Origin: Anthoceros angustus
Lineage: Eukaryota; Plantae; Anthocerotophyta
Length of the DNA: 64,000 nucleotides
NCBI GenBank assembly: GCA_010909165.1
Contig: MU008204.1
Location: 327,810-391,809, forward strand
Reading direction: 5' to 3'
The notes under the pieces are model-generated. The model was not told the origin of the DNA. It ran no database searches and saw only the letters and a list, made by a program, of their open reading frames with translations. Shown piece by piece: positions 24,489 to 38,406 of this stretch. Each line of letters begins with the position of its first letter. Position 1 is the stretch's first letter. The position numbers and the translations under genes are program-made.

Positions 24489-27400
24489 TGTGGACGGACT
24501 TTCGCTGACGGACCAGCCGGGCGGACACTAATCCCGTGTCTGTAGTATGGGGTTCGAGCCCAAGGGAATGGTCTGCTCCGTTTGCTTACTATTCACCTAC
24601 TCCGGATTCCTAATTGATCAGGGTTGCTACCGTAACCGAACCTGTTCCACTGATTCCTCTTGGGTGCGAGGGTGGGCGGCGGCCTCACCTTTCTTGCGAT
24701 TCACTAGTCCGGCCACTATCGTTGCCCAATGCCGCTGCCGGACCTTCACTTGCGGGGGAGCGAACCGCGGGTGCAACGTGACCCCCCGACCGGGCGCTAC
24801 TATGGCAATCGCCTAGCTACGTGGACGTGGGACCAGAGGCGATGCTCAAGGTACCGCCCTACCCTTCCGACGAATCGAACCGGAGTGCATACTACTCTTC
24901 GCATGTCAGCGCCCGGAGGTTACAGCCGTGGGCCCAACCGTACCACCGCCCGAACCGCCTACTTTGTACCCTTCGCTCACCTTCCTTCATGTTCCATAAC
25001 CAACACTACCGTATAGGCCCGGTATGGCCGAACGTTTAAGGACTCATACAAGTCCTTGTATTCCCTCTCGTCTGGGAGTCTTTCCTTCCACTCCGCTCTC
25101 GCCGCTCTCGTTTGCACTCTACCATGCCTCGGGTTAGTGTTGTGTGTTCCGATGAAGGCCGGGCTGCGCATGCAGCACCTCCGCGTCCATGTCCGCACAG
25201 TCCAGCCAGTCCGGGCTCTACACACCTTCCTTAGGCAGCCAGCTTCTCTTGTCCACTCCGGTCCGCTTGTCACCTGCGAATCGCCCTCGAGGAGCAAGGG
25301 TCGCAGTTCCTCCGCACCTGCAATCACCTCCACGCGTTAGGGGGTTCATCACCAGAACCTAGATAGACCTCTCCGAAGCAGTCTGCCCGCTCGGTGACTC
25401 GGGCCTCGCACTAGCACTTGGCTCACAGGAGCCCGTATGCACAACGTGGTATCAACCCCAAAAGAAAAATCACATTATAGGGGTGGCAACCCCCCTCTTA
25501 TATTGCTCCTAAGGCAGTGCCTTTATTACATCCCTAAAACTAGCCCTCACTGACCTACACGCGTGCTGAGCCAGATCCTTGTCGTGACTACCCCATTCAC
25601 GGCGGTGGCTGTTGATCAACACTCCCGTGCATCCGGCGCACTTCCCAACCACGGTGCACGAGGCGCCCAACTTGATTATTCTTGACCCATGTAGTCATGG
25701 GCAGACCCCCACCTCAAACCACTGGGCCTACCCACGGGCGGGTGACAACCACTTGTCACCACTAAATCCTCCTCGCTCTGTGGCAGTGCCTGGGGTTCAT
25801 CTTTGTCTCCTTGTACCACAGTGGGCTCCTACGCCTAGTCCGTCACAGGAGGGACCCGAGGTCCGTAACCCTTAAACCTCCTCTTCTTCCCTCCCTTTGA
25901 CCCGGCCCTTTGATCAGGCCCTGCCCCCCTTTTTTCGCCTTAGGGCTATTGTGTCTGCCCTCCGGGCCCCAACAAGTCCCCCCTTAACGCTGGAGGCCGG
26001 ACCTCTGAGTCCGTCCTCAGACCTTGGGGGCGGACCTCGGCACTTCCCTGCACAGGTCCATCTTCCCATCCCGGCCTTCTTTCCACCGGAGCGTTCTCCC
26101 CTACACCCCCCAAGCTGGGTGCCGAGTTTGGGAGGCCTACCTCTTGGTCCGCCGGGGATTCTCTACTCGGCAGCCGTCTTCCCTCGAAGGACACCTTCTT
26201 CTTTCATCTCAAGCAGGCACGTGGGTTCCTGTGGCGTTCTCTCCCAGCCCTTCCTCCCTCTAGGCTCCCTCCCACTAGTAGAAACAAGGTGCTGATATTA
26301 CGGGTTTTTATAACGGTTTTGGGATTATTTGTAACGTTTAGCGAGGATTTGTTACGGGTTGCAGCTTGGGTCCCGAGCCTAGCAAATGTTATAAAAATTG
26401 TAACATGAAGGTTGTGACAAACAAATTTGTTACGGTCTTGAGGTCTGGTCCTAGGTTTGGTAACCTGGGTTTATCAAGGTTTAAAACCCGGGTTCTGACA
26501 AACCATGGTAGACGCATATGCGTGTCTGACATTTATGTCTCCGCCGCCCCAAGTCCCAAATCTGGCGGTGCAACCAAGGATGTGCATATAATTATGCACA
26601 TCAATGGCAGGATTTCGATTCCTTTAGGAGCGGCCTTGTGACATGTGGCATGTACATAGTACATACTACACGCCATATTTATACATACATAAAATACATA
26701 TGGCATAAATATATGCTTCTATAATATAATAAAACAAAAATAGAGATTTTAATTCATCATAAAATGGGCCATGAATGATGAATGACCCATTCATAATGAC
26801 CCATTCATAAATGGGTCATCATGAATAGGTCATGAATTATGGCCCATTATTCACATCGTGTATAGCCCATGTTGTGGGCATTTCACGTTCTTTGGTTGAG
26901 ATCCCTAATAATAATTCTTGCCGGATATTTCCCGGACTTACTGCTCATGACAAACTTGCGGCCTTTGGATCGTTTGGGTTTTGGTCCACCAAGCTCTGTT
27001 GCTTTGTCCTTTGGATCTTTTCGGTTTTGGTCCACCAGGCTCTGTTGCTTTGGCCTTTGGATCTTTTGGGTTTTGGTCCACCAGGCTCTGTTGCTTTCCC
27101 CTTAAGAGTACAGGAGCACAAAAACGTGAGCACACACGCACAACAACTTGAAATCTATAACAAAAGCACAACTACATGAGATCTAGAATTCAAGCACAAA
27201 AACTTAAGAACTCGTTCATGCCAAAGCTCACCGTTACGTCTTTTTTCTCATGGCTGCTGCCCTTGCCATTGTCCGTCTTCCTCCCCCCACTCTGTCCTTC
27301 TTCCTCCCCCCACTTCTTAGAAGCTGCAAAGAGATCATGAACTCGTTATTGGTTCTACGCAAGCAATTAGCAACAAACAAAATAGTAGGCATGCCACTCT

Positions 27401-30400
27401 ACACACACATCACAAGCACATTTGTGCTAGATTCCAAAACTGAAGGATAGCATACAATTTCAGCATAGTGGAAAGCAAGACTATGGCTCCCATATGCATA
27501 ACAACATAACCTACTCAAAGTCACAACTGTGATGGCGCCGATTCTCGATCCTGCAACCCTACTAGCTTGAAGCTTATCCGGAGAGTTGGACACAAAAGAA
27601 GAGGCTGCAACACCGCATCTGCATATCCAAGGAAACAAGCTGTCATCAACCCAATACCCTTCACAAATCAACAACATACAATCAGCAGGTAGGTGCAAAT
27701 CAGTAGGATCTAGCGCTCCCTTCACCGCCATATCTAAGCGGCACGCTCCTGCACCCAGTATCCTCCGCTGAATTGCAAGCTTCATAATGAGCTCCCACTG
27801 TCCCCCAAGGATCCGCGCCTCCCCATCCCCGCTGAATTGCAAGCTCTGTAATGAGCTCCCACCGTCCCCCAAGGATCCGCGCTTCCCCTTCGCGCGGCAA
27901 GATGGCGCGCCTCTCCTCCACGCGCATGGGCTACAACCCCGCGGAGGGGAGACACGGTGTTTTCAATGATGTTTAAAGGTTTTGAATATATTTATAAACG
28001 AACAAGCTTCTTGTATGAAAATCACCTTCGTGAGTTGGTCGGTACACTAGACTTGCATAGCCCGGTTGTGCTGCGTGCGGGTTGGAGTCCAAGAGCTGTT
28101 TTATTAATTAGAAATAATGCAAAAGGTCTGTACCGGTGCTACTATTATGTGGTCGGGTTCACTTGGAGCTAGTCTCATGGGGTTTCATGAGGTGGCCATT
28201 ATTATATTATAAATTTAAATTTCAAAGTCTTATTGGGTTTAATGAGGTGGCGGATATTATATTACAAATTTAAATTTCAAAGTCTCCTCACGGGATGTCA
28301 TGGGTTTGAGACAGCCATCTATTATAATTGAAGTTTAAATTTCAAGTCTCCTAGACCTCCAAGTAGGTATTATATTTTAAGTCTCCTAGGGTTTAATGAG
28401 GTACAATTATTATATTTTAAGTGTCTCTTGGTGTTTATGAGGTTGCAACTGTTATATTTTAAGTTTGAATTTCAAAGTCTTTAGGTTTTAATGATGATAT
28501 GGGTTCTAATATTGAATATTTTAATATTAAAATTTAAAAGTTAAATATATTAAATTTTAAGTTCAAATTTTACTTCTAGGGTTCAATTACTATTCGATTT
28601 ATTTTATTTCTTCACTCCAAAGTTTAATATTATTAAAATCTAGAGAAATTATTACAGTTGAGTGACCAGGCATGTGTGGAGGGAAAGAGAAGAGAGAATG
28701 TGATAAATGTTGAAGTAGGTGGCACTTTTTCATGTGGAGAAAGAGGAGAGAAGGTAATAAATGTTAAGTTTGGTGAGATGTTGTAGTTGCTTTCTTTTGA
28801 TATGGGAGATACCAAGACTAAGCAAAGAAGAAGAGAAATGGATGTAAGGGTGGGGAGGCGGGACCCATATGTTATTCTTTGTGATTACCTTTGAACATGT
28901 GGCTCTTCTATTCCATGCCTCTCTCCCATGCCAAAAGTGTAATATTGAAGTGTTACAAAGTTAGGCTTGTATGTCATGCTTCTCCCCCATGCCAAAGTTT
29001 GTTACGCTTTTGAAGACCATAACAACTACTGTAACAAAAAAGCATAACATCAACCCCCTGTTTCTAGTAGTGTCCGACTCCTCCACTGGCCCTATGGCCT
29101 TGGCCGACTGGTGTACCACACTCATAACCTTCAGGAGCTCCGCGTGGTAATAGGCGCTGTCCGAGTCCACCTGCTGGATGGCTTCCTCCACATGAGCCCT
29201 CAGGACTCGGTACTCTCGCCTCCACTGGTGCTCCGACAGTTGAGCATGTTCCTCCGCACGCTGGGCCGTCTCCTCTCCTAGACCTTCCAACCGGGCCCTG
29301 GCGACATCTCGGGAGGCCGTTAGGGAAGCCTCGGCGAGCTACTGGAGCCGTTGCTTCTCGTTAGCGCGCTCCGTCTCTCATTCCCTCCTTAGGGCGGCCA
29401 ATTGGCCTGTTAAGGACTGGGCTTCTCCTTCCGCTTGGCACAGATGGACCAGCGGTTTCTGTTCTTCCTGCTTCCACCGGTGCTGATCCGTCACCTACTG
29501 ACTCAAGAGCCCCATCTCCTTCTCGAGTCGTTCCGGAAGGTGCATCAGGGGGGTGGCCTCGGCGAGCTCCTTCTCGAGCTCGTCGATGTCCCGTTGCTTA
29601 CTCCTCCGGTGAGTTTCCTCCACCCGAAGGCAGAGTTGGAGCCGTTCCACCTCCCGCTCATGGTCCTCAATCTGGCCTTGGAGAAGCCCGTTCCTCTCCT
29701 CCACCACCTGGAGTTGTAGCTCCAGAGTCTCCTTCTTCCCTTCCGCTTGCTTCCACGCCTCTTCCATGAGCTACACTGGAGGTCGGATGGGGCTGTGCAC
29801 CTTGGCCTCCCTTCAGCGGTTCCGGTCCCTACGGTAGTGGTCCTGGTCCGTCCTGGCATTGGCCTCCGCATCCCGCACTCCCTTCAGCTGAGCCTAAAAC
29901 ACAGGCTCCTCCTCGTGAGCTCCTTCTCGAGTCGTTCGGAAGGTGCATCGGGGTGGCCTCGTGAGTCGCCCGTCTTGGGCTCTGCGACCTCCGCCGTTGC
30001 TCATGCCTCCTCCGTCTACTAGCTCAAGGCCAACACGCATGCTTGGGCCTCTTGCCGGTGCCCTCCTCCGTCCACGGCATTGGCCTCCGCATCCAGCACT
30101 CCCTTGGTGAGCATGTTCCAATGGACAATAATCTTGGCCACCGCCCTCACCCGCCTCCCTCTCCGCCGTCCGGTGCTTCTCTTCTTTAATCCGGGCGGGG
30201 TCTCCTCCTCGTGAGTGCGCCCGTCTCTCATTCCCTCCTTAGGCGGCCCTGTCAGCCCTAGAGCTCCACCATACGCCTTCGGGTGGCTTCCACTTCCTGT
30301 GTTCGCTCCGCAGTGTAGTAGAGCCCCCAGATCATGCCGTCCGCGATGGCCGCCAGGACTCGTCGGGTCTCCTCCACTGCGGCGGCCGGCGAGGCTCCCT

Positions 30401-32500
30401 CAAACCCCGTCGAGAGAGCAGGCATTCCCCGCTTGACTAAGGACTGCCACACCATCCGTCGGAGCTGGTATGGGTAAGGCACTCTGGCCTCGATCAGGCC
30501 CCTCGAGTCCTGCCCGTCCAGTGCTGGTCTTTCCACCTCCTTGGCCCATTTCGCGGCCAACTCCTTCTCCACCCTCCGGCGCTTGGGGTCCGGTGGGGAG
30601 GCAGTCGGAGGCCCAGCCGCTTTCCCCTCCTTGTGGGGGAAAGTACAGCTCAGTCACAGATTCTTGCCGGTGCCCTCGCCTTGGGCGGCATCCGGCTTTG
30701 CACGTTGGACTGCTGCCTTCGCCTCTACCCACTCCGCGCTCATTGGTAGGGGCACCGGTGCTGCTACCGGGACGGTAGGTTTGGGCGCCTTCTTCTTCTT
30801 CTGTCGGCCCTCCGTCCTGGTCCGACGTGGTTCGACTAGGGGTTGAATGGTCTTGTCTCAGCTGACCCGGCACCAACTCCGACCATCGTAGTAGTTCTTG
30901 GGCTCTTTGCTCCGATGCCGTCACTAGCAAGAGGGATGTAGGGATCTCTTCCCAAATTTCCCTCGGAGGAGAGGGGGTCCGTTCCAGGCGGATGGCATCT
31001 AGGACGCCCTCCCAATCCTCCTCCTCGTGAGTGCGCCCCGTCTTGGGCTCTGCGACCTATCGTCTATCCGGGACCTGCGCCTCCTCGTCCCTTCCCGCAT
31101 CTGGTAGGGTGGCCAGCCCCAGATGAAGTGCTCGTTCCTCCTCATCCTCCTTCAGGAGGTTGTGGTGCCCCCAAACATGTAGAATGAAAGGGGACAGCGC
31201 TGATGGGGGAGGCCGCTAGTTGCGCAGTTTCCGAGCCTCCTGTCCTATCCAGGCGAAGATGATCCGCCCCTAGTCCACCCTCTTACCTCTCATGAGGGCG
31301 TGCAAGAGATTAATGTCCCAGGTGGGCCACCTTGGTGAGCATGTTCCAATGGACAATAATCTTGGCCACCGCCCTCACCCGCCGGTCCGTCAGGTCTGAC
31401 ATCAGCTACCCGTTGGAGGACCTATGGGCATCCTGCTTCAAAAGGGCGGCTTTCGCCGCTTCCAACTTCCCCCTCCCCTTCAGGGGCTCCGGCACCACTC
31501 CTCCGTCTTCCTCCGCAGGCCGGTTGTACACCGCCCGAAGGACCTCCATTGTCCAGCGCCTAGGGTCCTCCCTCATACTCTTCGATCGGACGGCTCTGCT
31601 CGCCGCCGCCAGCATCTTTCTAGCTTAATCCCGGACTAGGGCCATGCATCGTACGTCCAGACCGCCTGGAAGATGTCTAGGTACTACTCCTGGACGAGCT
31701 CACCGGCCTCCTTGAGCCTAGGGACAGAAGTCGGGATAGCGCTTGGTGACGATGTTCTTCTCCACCAATTACCATAGCTCCAAAACCTCCGCTACCTTCT
31801 TGAGGGCCATGTTCGCTAGTTGCTCGCCTTGCTGCTGGAGTAGCCTAGGCATCGATTCACTCCACCACGTCCTTGGGCTCCGAAGAAAACCGCACGTCGA
31901 GCCGGGTCGGATGCTCCAGGGCTCTGTGCTCGAACTGCGGAAGAAGGAGCGCTAGAGAGTTAGGTGTCTAAGCGTGAGCGACTAAGAGAACTGCCGAGAG
32001 GCCGCGCTGGAAGACGTTCTTCTCTCAGCAACGGGGCATTGGGCGTAATTGGCATGCCGGAAGATGTTCTTTTGTTGCCAGTAACCGCCACCTTCCTACA
32101 TCTTGTACCGCAGCTTCACGTCCGTCATCTTCTTGGCGCATGTCCTTGGGTCGTGACTACCTGCCTATAATGGTTGCTGACAACTCTGAGGTTTTGGCTT
32201 ACTGCATGTCAGTCGTCCTCTTGCCACCGTCCACGTGTCATCCTTCCCAAATTACTTCCCCGCCGCCGGACCTCCAAGGCCTCCCTTTCTCCGAACTTCC
32301 CTCAGGCCTACTCCGAAGCTCCTTCGGAGTCACTCCGGAGCTACTCCAAAGTCCCATTGCCCCCTAGTATTATCTTGCGGAACCCTTCTGCGGACCTCAC
32401 CTATCTCGGGTTACCACGGCTTGGCTGGATCAACCTTATTCCTCACACCAAAACCCAAAGGAAACAAAAAAACCTCCCGCTAATTGTTCCTAAGTGGGAG
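24489..32500 (-). mobile_element. Gypsy-like LTR retrotransposon remnant: LTR-like region (from TG at 24489) plus degraded accessory coiled-coil ORF (~31900 to ~26205), split by the CACTA insertion
   Basis: Minus-strand fragments read ..RAVAKIIVHW..ALMRGKRVD*GRIIF..SALSPFILHVWGHHNLL.. followed by E/R/Q-rich coiled coils, similar to accessory ORFs of seed-free-plant Gypsy elements. The reading frame resumes across the CACTA insertion. Confidence 0.55.
26273..29072. mobile_element. Non-autonomous CACTA (EnSpm) DNA transposon, 2.8 kb
   Basis: Left end CACTAGTAGAAAC, right end GTTTCTAGTAGTG (13-bp TIR, one mismatch). A 3-bp TSD TCC lies at 26270-26272 and 29073-29075. Internal tandem repeats at ~26960-27100, ~27768-27890 and ~28180-28560; no transposase seen. 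Confidence 0.93.
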
Positions 32501-35270
32501 TCAAACATCCTTCCTCTCTACCCCATCTTTTAGTGGTAGCAGATATTTTTTTACCTTCATCGATGCCTACTCCCGCTTCACTCTTACTTACATCCTTAAT
32601 CACAAGTGTGATACTTATCATTTCTTCAAGGATTATATGGCCTGGACGGAGAGATTAACAGATAAGAAACTCAAGACCTTACGTTCCGACAATGGTGGCG
32701 ACTTTACATCTAAACAATTTGAGGACTTCTACCGAGCTCAAGATATTGCTTAACAACTCACTCTTGTTTATACTCCTCAACAAATGGCGTAGCTGAAAAT
32801 AAGAACTTACGCCTTTAAGAGATCACTGGCTGCTTATGAACACAAGCTCATTTACCCAAAGTTTATTGTGCAGAGCCCTCCTCATTGCCACATATCTCAT
32901 GAATCGACTGCCTACCTCTGCAGTCCAAGGTATGACACCTTATGAAGCTTTTACTTGCAAGAAGCCCTCTATTGATCATCTCCACATTTTAAGATCTCCG
33001 GCATATATATGTCTTTATCCCTAAAGCATCGCGTAAGAAGCTAGATCTAACAGCGGCCAAATATATCTTTATTGGTTATGCGGAAGGTATCAAGGGCTAT
33101 AAATTATTGGATCCTTTCAAAAAAAAGCTTCTTTATGCTCACAGTGTCACATTCCATGAACGTCATCTATTTTCTCGTTCAATGGGAGATAATCCGCACC
33201 CTCATCACACTTCTTCCGATGAGGAGCCTGCCTCTTTTGATGATAATGACTACATTATGCACTTCCCTGTTCCTGCTTTCAGTGTTTCTTCGGATGGACC
33301 TATTATGCAAGAGGAGGAGGAGTTAGCATCTATTCCACGTGCGGACTCACCTCCATTAGATATCGAAGAACCTCAACATCTTGAGGATATTTCTGATGAT
33401 CCAGATGAGTTACCTTCTGATGCACCTGAGTACGCGGTCGAGTCTGATTCTCCCTCTCAGGAGTCAACATCCATTGACGACGTGGAAGATGCAAAACCGG
33501 CACCATGGTACAATGTGCGCTCACGACCTACTATTCCAGGCCCCGCCGGATGGAATGAACCTCCCTTAGGATACCTAGCCGTTTTTGATGATCTTATTCC
33601 CCTTGTACCACCTTGTTCACAAGTTGTATACAAGACCACAACTGATCTAGAAGAACCTCTCACCTTAAAACAAGCTTTCTCGTCACCTTAAAAAGACTTA
33701 TGGAAGGTAGCTGTAGATTCTGAATATAACTCTTTAGTTAAGAATTCTACATGGAAATTAGTTAAGCCACCTAAGGGGAGAAAAATAGTAACCAGCAAAT
33801 GGGTGCGCAAAATCAAGAGGAAGGGAGATGGCTCTATTGAGCGTTATAAGGCACGCCTAGTGGCAAGAGGGCTTACCCAAATTCCTGGTTTAGACTCTTT
33901 ACCTTATGCCACATATGCACCTGTAGCCAAGTTTGCTTCCTTCAGAATGATCTTTGCTCTAACTGCACAACATGATCTTGAACTCCATATGATGGATTGT
34001 AAGACAGCTTACTTATATGGTCGTCTTGAAGAAGAAATCTATATGAGACAACTAGAGGGTTATGAGGTAAAGGGCAAGGAGCACTTGGTATGCAAACTTA
34101 TCAAATGCATTTATGGCCTGAAACAATCAGGCAAACGATGGAACGTCACAATGCATGTCAAGCTACTCAAGCGAGGCTTTAGCCAAAGCAAGGCTGATGC
34201 TAGGATGTATATCTTAATATCAAGGAATGATATACTCTACCTTTTACTTTATATGGATGACGTTTTCATGGCTTCATCCTCATCTTCTCTTCTCGCCGAA
34301 ATTAAGGTTTGGCTAAGGAGTCATTTTGAAATGACCGATCTTCGAGAGATGACTTATGCACTAGGTGTTAATATTATTTGAGATCGAAGCAATAGAACTT
34401 TAAGCATAGTTCAAATGAAGTACATAAAGGAAAGCTTGGCTAAGTTTGGACTAGAGGATGCGAAGCCTGCTCCCACTCTTTTTGCTAGTGGGATACGACT
34501 CACATTAGATATGAATCCTAAAACTGATGCAGATAAGTTGGAAATGTCAGCAGTCTCATATCGACATGCTGTTGGCACCCTTATATATTACAAGTCCTAA
34601 CATATCATTTGAGGTCAGTGCTTGCTCACAATTCATAGAAAATCCTGGACGAGAACACTGGATGTCAGTAAAGCGTATTCTTAGATACCTTAAGGCTACC
34701 ATGCATAATGGACTTATGTATCGACATACACCCGGCATCGACAAGCTAAGATTGACAGCTTACGCTAATGCTGATTATGCTGGTGACCCTGACACTAGGA
34801 GATATGTATCAGGTTATGTGCTTATGCTAGCCATGGCCCCCATCTCATGGTCAAGTAAGAAACAGACTACCATTGCCCTTTCTAGCACTGAGTCAGAGTG
34901 TAGATACTAACCTCAGTTGCAAAAGATATCGTATGGAGTAGGTTAGATTTAGATGAGCTTAATCATCCTCAAAATGATCCTACACCATTGTTTAGTGATA
35001 TTCAAGGGGCCATAGCCTTAGCTAGAAACCCTGTTTTTCACTCAAGAACTAAGCACATATCGGTAGAATATCACTACATAAGAGAATTGTTAGAAAACAA
35101 GACAATAGATATTAATTATATTCTAACACACGATAATTAAGCTGATTTATTAACCAAATCCCTTAGTTGGGAATTACATAGCAAACATATAAGGAACTTA
35201 GGTATATTGGATATTAAGTCCAAATCTCCTTAAGTCCATAAGTTAAGATCAGCAGTTAAGTGGGCAAATT
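32500..35270 (+). mobile_element. Ty1/Copia pol remnant (integrase-RT-RNase H) with premature stops
   Basis: RYFFTFIDAYSR..LRSDNGGDF..YTPQQ (integrase); KWVRKIK..ERYKARLVARG..YGLKQSG..LLLYMDD (RT); YANADYAGDPDTRR..SWSSKKQ..ALSSTESE..RTKHI (RNase H). Integrase before RT is Copia order. Confidence 0.95.
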
Positions 35271-36999
35271 AAAGGTTAACCTTAACTCTTCAGTCCACAC
35301 ATTTTGTCTAGATAATCTAGTTCTTCTTCTATTTCTAATTGCTCTTCGTAATACTCCATAGATTCCATATTGAGTGCCCACATAGATCCTAAGAAATAGA
35401 AGAACTAGGTTTAGGCTTAATAATAATATGTATAATTAATATAATTTTAATTAAACCCTAACATCCAAGATACTTACTATATGAATGCACGGTGTGTCCC
35501 TCATATTCCTTACATGGGATACTACTAAGCCACACCATATGAAGACCAGTTTTCTTACAAGTGTATTCATGAGGAGGCTTGGAGTCTTCAACACCACCAC
35601 GGCATATTAAGTATACTATCTCTGTTAAGTTTCCCATGGGAAGATGCTGGTCTGGTACTCTGAAGCAACCCTCTGCCTCCTTAGTTGTCATTTTTGGGGC
35701 AGAAATTCTTTCCGACTCAAGTGGTCCCTACACCCTTGTCTCATCCTCCCCACAGACGCAATTGAGGCAAATCTGCCCCGCTCGTCTATGTTCTGGACGG
35801 CTAAGGGATGGGCGCGCCTCGGGGGGCGTCTATCGTTGAGATGCCTTGCCGACGGCGGCGTCGGAGATGGCGGCATCTTGCAGCTCGGCGTCGCGGCTAA
35901 GCTCGCGGTCTTCCTGTTCGAGAGACGGACGGGGAATAGATTGCTTGCATTTTAAGTTTTTTTATTATTTATTATTAATTTCTGCAAATTCATTTCTTTT
36001 TATTAAAAGCTTAAATTTTCTTTATGCTTTTAAGTCAACTTTTACCTAAGATTTAGTTTTCGGATTTAGGCCTATTTTGGCTCATTTAGAAGCCAGTAAA
36101 ATAATTTATTTAATCACCCTCAGATCATAGTGAGTGGGAGTGATGAAATATACTAGGTTTAGGGCACATTTACTTCAAAATTATTTTATGCCTAGGGCAC
36201 TAAGTAGTTTCCTTAGGTAGTTAGTTGTTATATTGGTTACAACCACTTATGGTTACAACCAGATATGGTAGTTACAATAACTTATGGTTGTAACTATCGA
36301 CTACCTCCACTATATAATATTCTCCTGTACTTTCTATTATTCAAGCAATACTACAAACAAGCTTTATGCAAGTGTGTGCCGGATTCTCATCAGGCCCATG
36401 GTAAAAAAAGAGAAGACCCTGGAAAATATCCAAAAGAGAACCGCTCCACGTCGCCAAGAACAATAAACCGCAATGCCCTAAACCGAAAAAACAGCATTGC
36501 AACAATCGCAACCCGGCACCCACACCCCCTAGCCCACACCACCGTACTCCGAAAATGCACTTGTCCAGCCACTTCGTAAGTCCGCGCCTACCTTACTACA
36601 TTGTAAAAGTGCATATGCCCTACTACATTGGAAAACCACACTTGCCCTGGAACGCCGCCAAAACCGATAGCCTACCTGCTAAACCGCTACCGGCGCCGCA
36701 AAAACTACACCTGGCCGCGAAACCCCTCATCAAAAACCGCTACTCCCCACTAGATCGGCGGTCATGGACCCTAGCCGCACTTGTGGACACGGAGGCAGAG
36801 CCCGAGCCCGTGGCAGACGCGAGCCTGAGCCCGCGCAGACCCACGAGCCCGACCCCGCTCATTCTGTGCACCCATGCAGACCCGGGAGCGCCATGGAGCG
36901 CCTAGAAGCCAAGGTCCACAGGGACAGGGCCAAGCAAGTGGGCGTGCGGTTTAGGGTTTATGGTTTAGCATAGGAGAGCATAGGGCTAACTAAGCATCA

Positions 37000-37700
37000 A
37001 CTCCAAGCTGAGGGACGTACACACGGTATCTGAAGCCATGGCATCAACATCCTTGTGCAACTTCGCGCTACTCCTGCTGCTTTCTGTCACATTCTATGAG
37101 CACTGGACAGCCTTATGTATCTCTCTATCATGCTGGCCCACATCAAATGCTTTTGGTTTCCACCTTCCCAAGCTCCAAGACCTCGCTCATGTGTAGGGCA
37201 GGCAGCAGTTGAGAGGGCCAACGCTATGGTGAAGCGGCGATGGGGGCATGCTTGCCATATTTGTCATGCTACGCTCCAATCCCTAATGAGTAGCTCGTAG
37301 TCAACCAGCATTCGAGTCCATGACCATGACCTCTAGCATTATCAAATTGGATATGACTCAACACTCGAGCTGCAACATCCGGTCTCTGAGAGACACCAAT
37401 GTGGCCGCTGCAAGGATCACCACCAGGCACGGTGGCCTTGTGCTATCCAAGTACTCCGATTCAGCATGCATCAGATAGTTGGTGAGTGTCCAGACATGGA
37501 TGTATGCATGCACTTATTAATTCCTAGCTCCCAGAAGGTCGTGCATGCCCCGAGCCAGAGTCGATTGAACTAGTGTGTGTGAAGTGGGAATACATTCATC
37601 GCACTTTGCTCTACCTGAATTGGGACACCTGTTGCAGTTGAGGTTATGCTTCCTTGCGAGAGTCTTTAGGTGTGAGGCGTGCGAGACATGGTGACATTGT
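37000..37700 (+). mobile_element. Possible highly degraded non-LTR (CRE-like) RT remnant
   Basis: Only an RHGGLVLS thumb-like motif (~37425-37450) and weak surrounding similarity. Confidence 0.3.
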
Positions 37701-38130
37701 GGCCTGGTTAGGTGGGCATACATATGAGATAGGAACTTAGGATTTGTATCCTATGTCTTAATATGCATATTTTATTTTCCAAATTACATATCTATAAAAA
37801 AGAAATAGCAAGGGTTTAGGGACATTCAAGAAATAAAAGTGAGATAAATAAATAAGGGTTATCCCCAACCACTGAGGAGTGGTTAAGAGCATAAAATGTA
37901 TTTTATTGAAGGCCTAGGCTGGAGAATTTCTCGATCCCAACGTGGAAAAGGAGAAGCGACGCCATGAACCATATTCTCATTGCCGCGAAACATATTTTTT
38001 TGAATCATTTTGATTCAATATTTTGAAACATTCCAAGTGTTTAAGATGCACTCCTATAATCAATATTTTTGAGAATCATTTTGATTCAATATTTTGAAAC
38101 AATGCAAGTATTTAGGATGCACTGCTATAA

Positions 38131-38406
38131 TCAATTTGAGTCTCCAGAAGCTAAAATATATGCAGATGGGTCGAATGGAGGTTCTCTCCATTCACTACGT
38201 GGAGCACGTCTTCGTTTTGGATATCTTGGAATACAAAGATCATCATCCAAAGGTTGCCTACAAAGAGGACATGTTGTGCTTTGCCCTTGGTTCGCCCATC
38301 CAATAATACATTGTTTATGAAACGTATGTTTACAGATGTTTAACGTGATAACACTTTCATCTTTTAAGGCCAAAAGGCAAATGCTACACTCCTCCTCCCT
38401 AGCCAT
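38131..38406 (-). CDS. Small RING-H2 finger protein (91 aa), intronless
   Basis: CSIC-x14-CKH-TFHKQC-IIGW-x8-CPLCR is a C3H2C3 RING-H2 pattern. Confidence 0.8.
   Translation of the reverse strand: MAREEECSICLLALKDESVITLNICKHTFHKQCIIGWANQGQSTTCPLCRQPLDDDLCIPRYPKRRRAPRSEWREPPFDPSAYILASGDSN

Noticed and set aside
25447-25458. tRNA-Met primer binding site (tggtatca)
   Set aside because: The match stops after 8 nt and no gag follows; orientation cues conflict.
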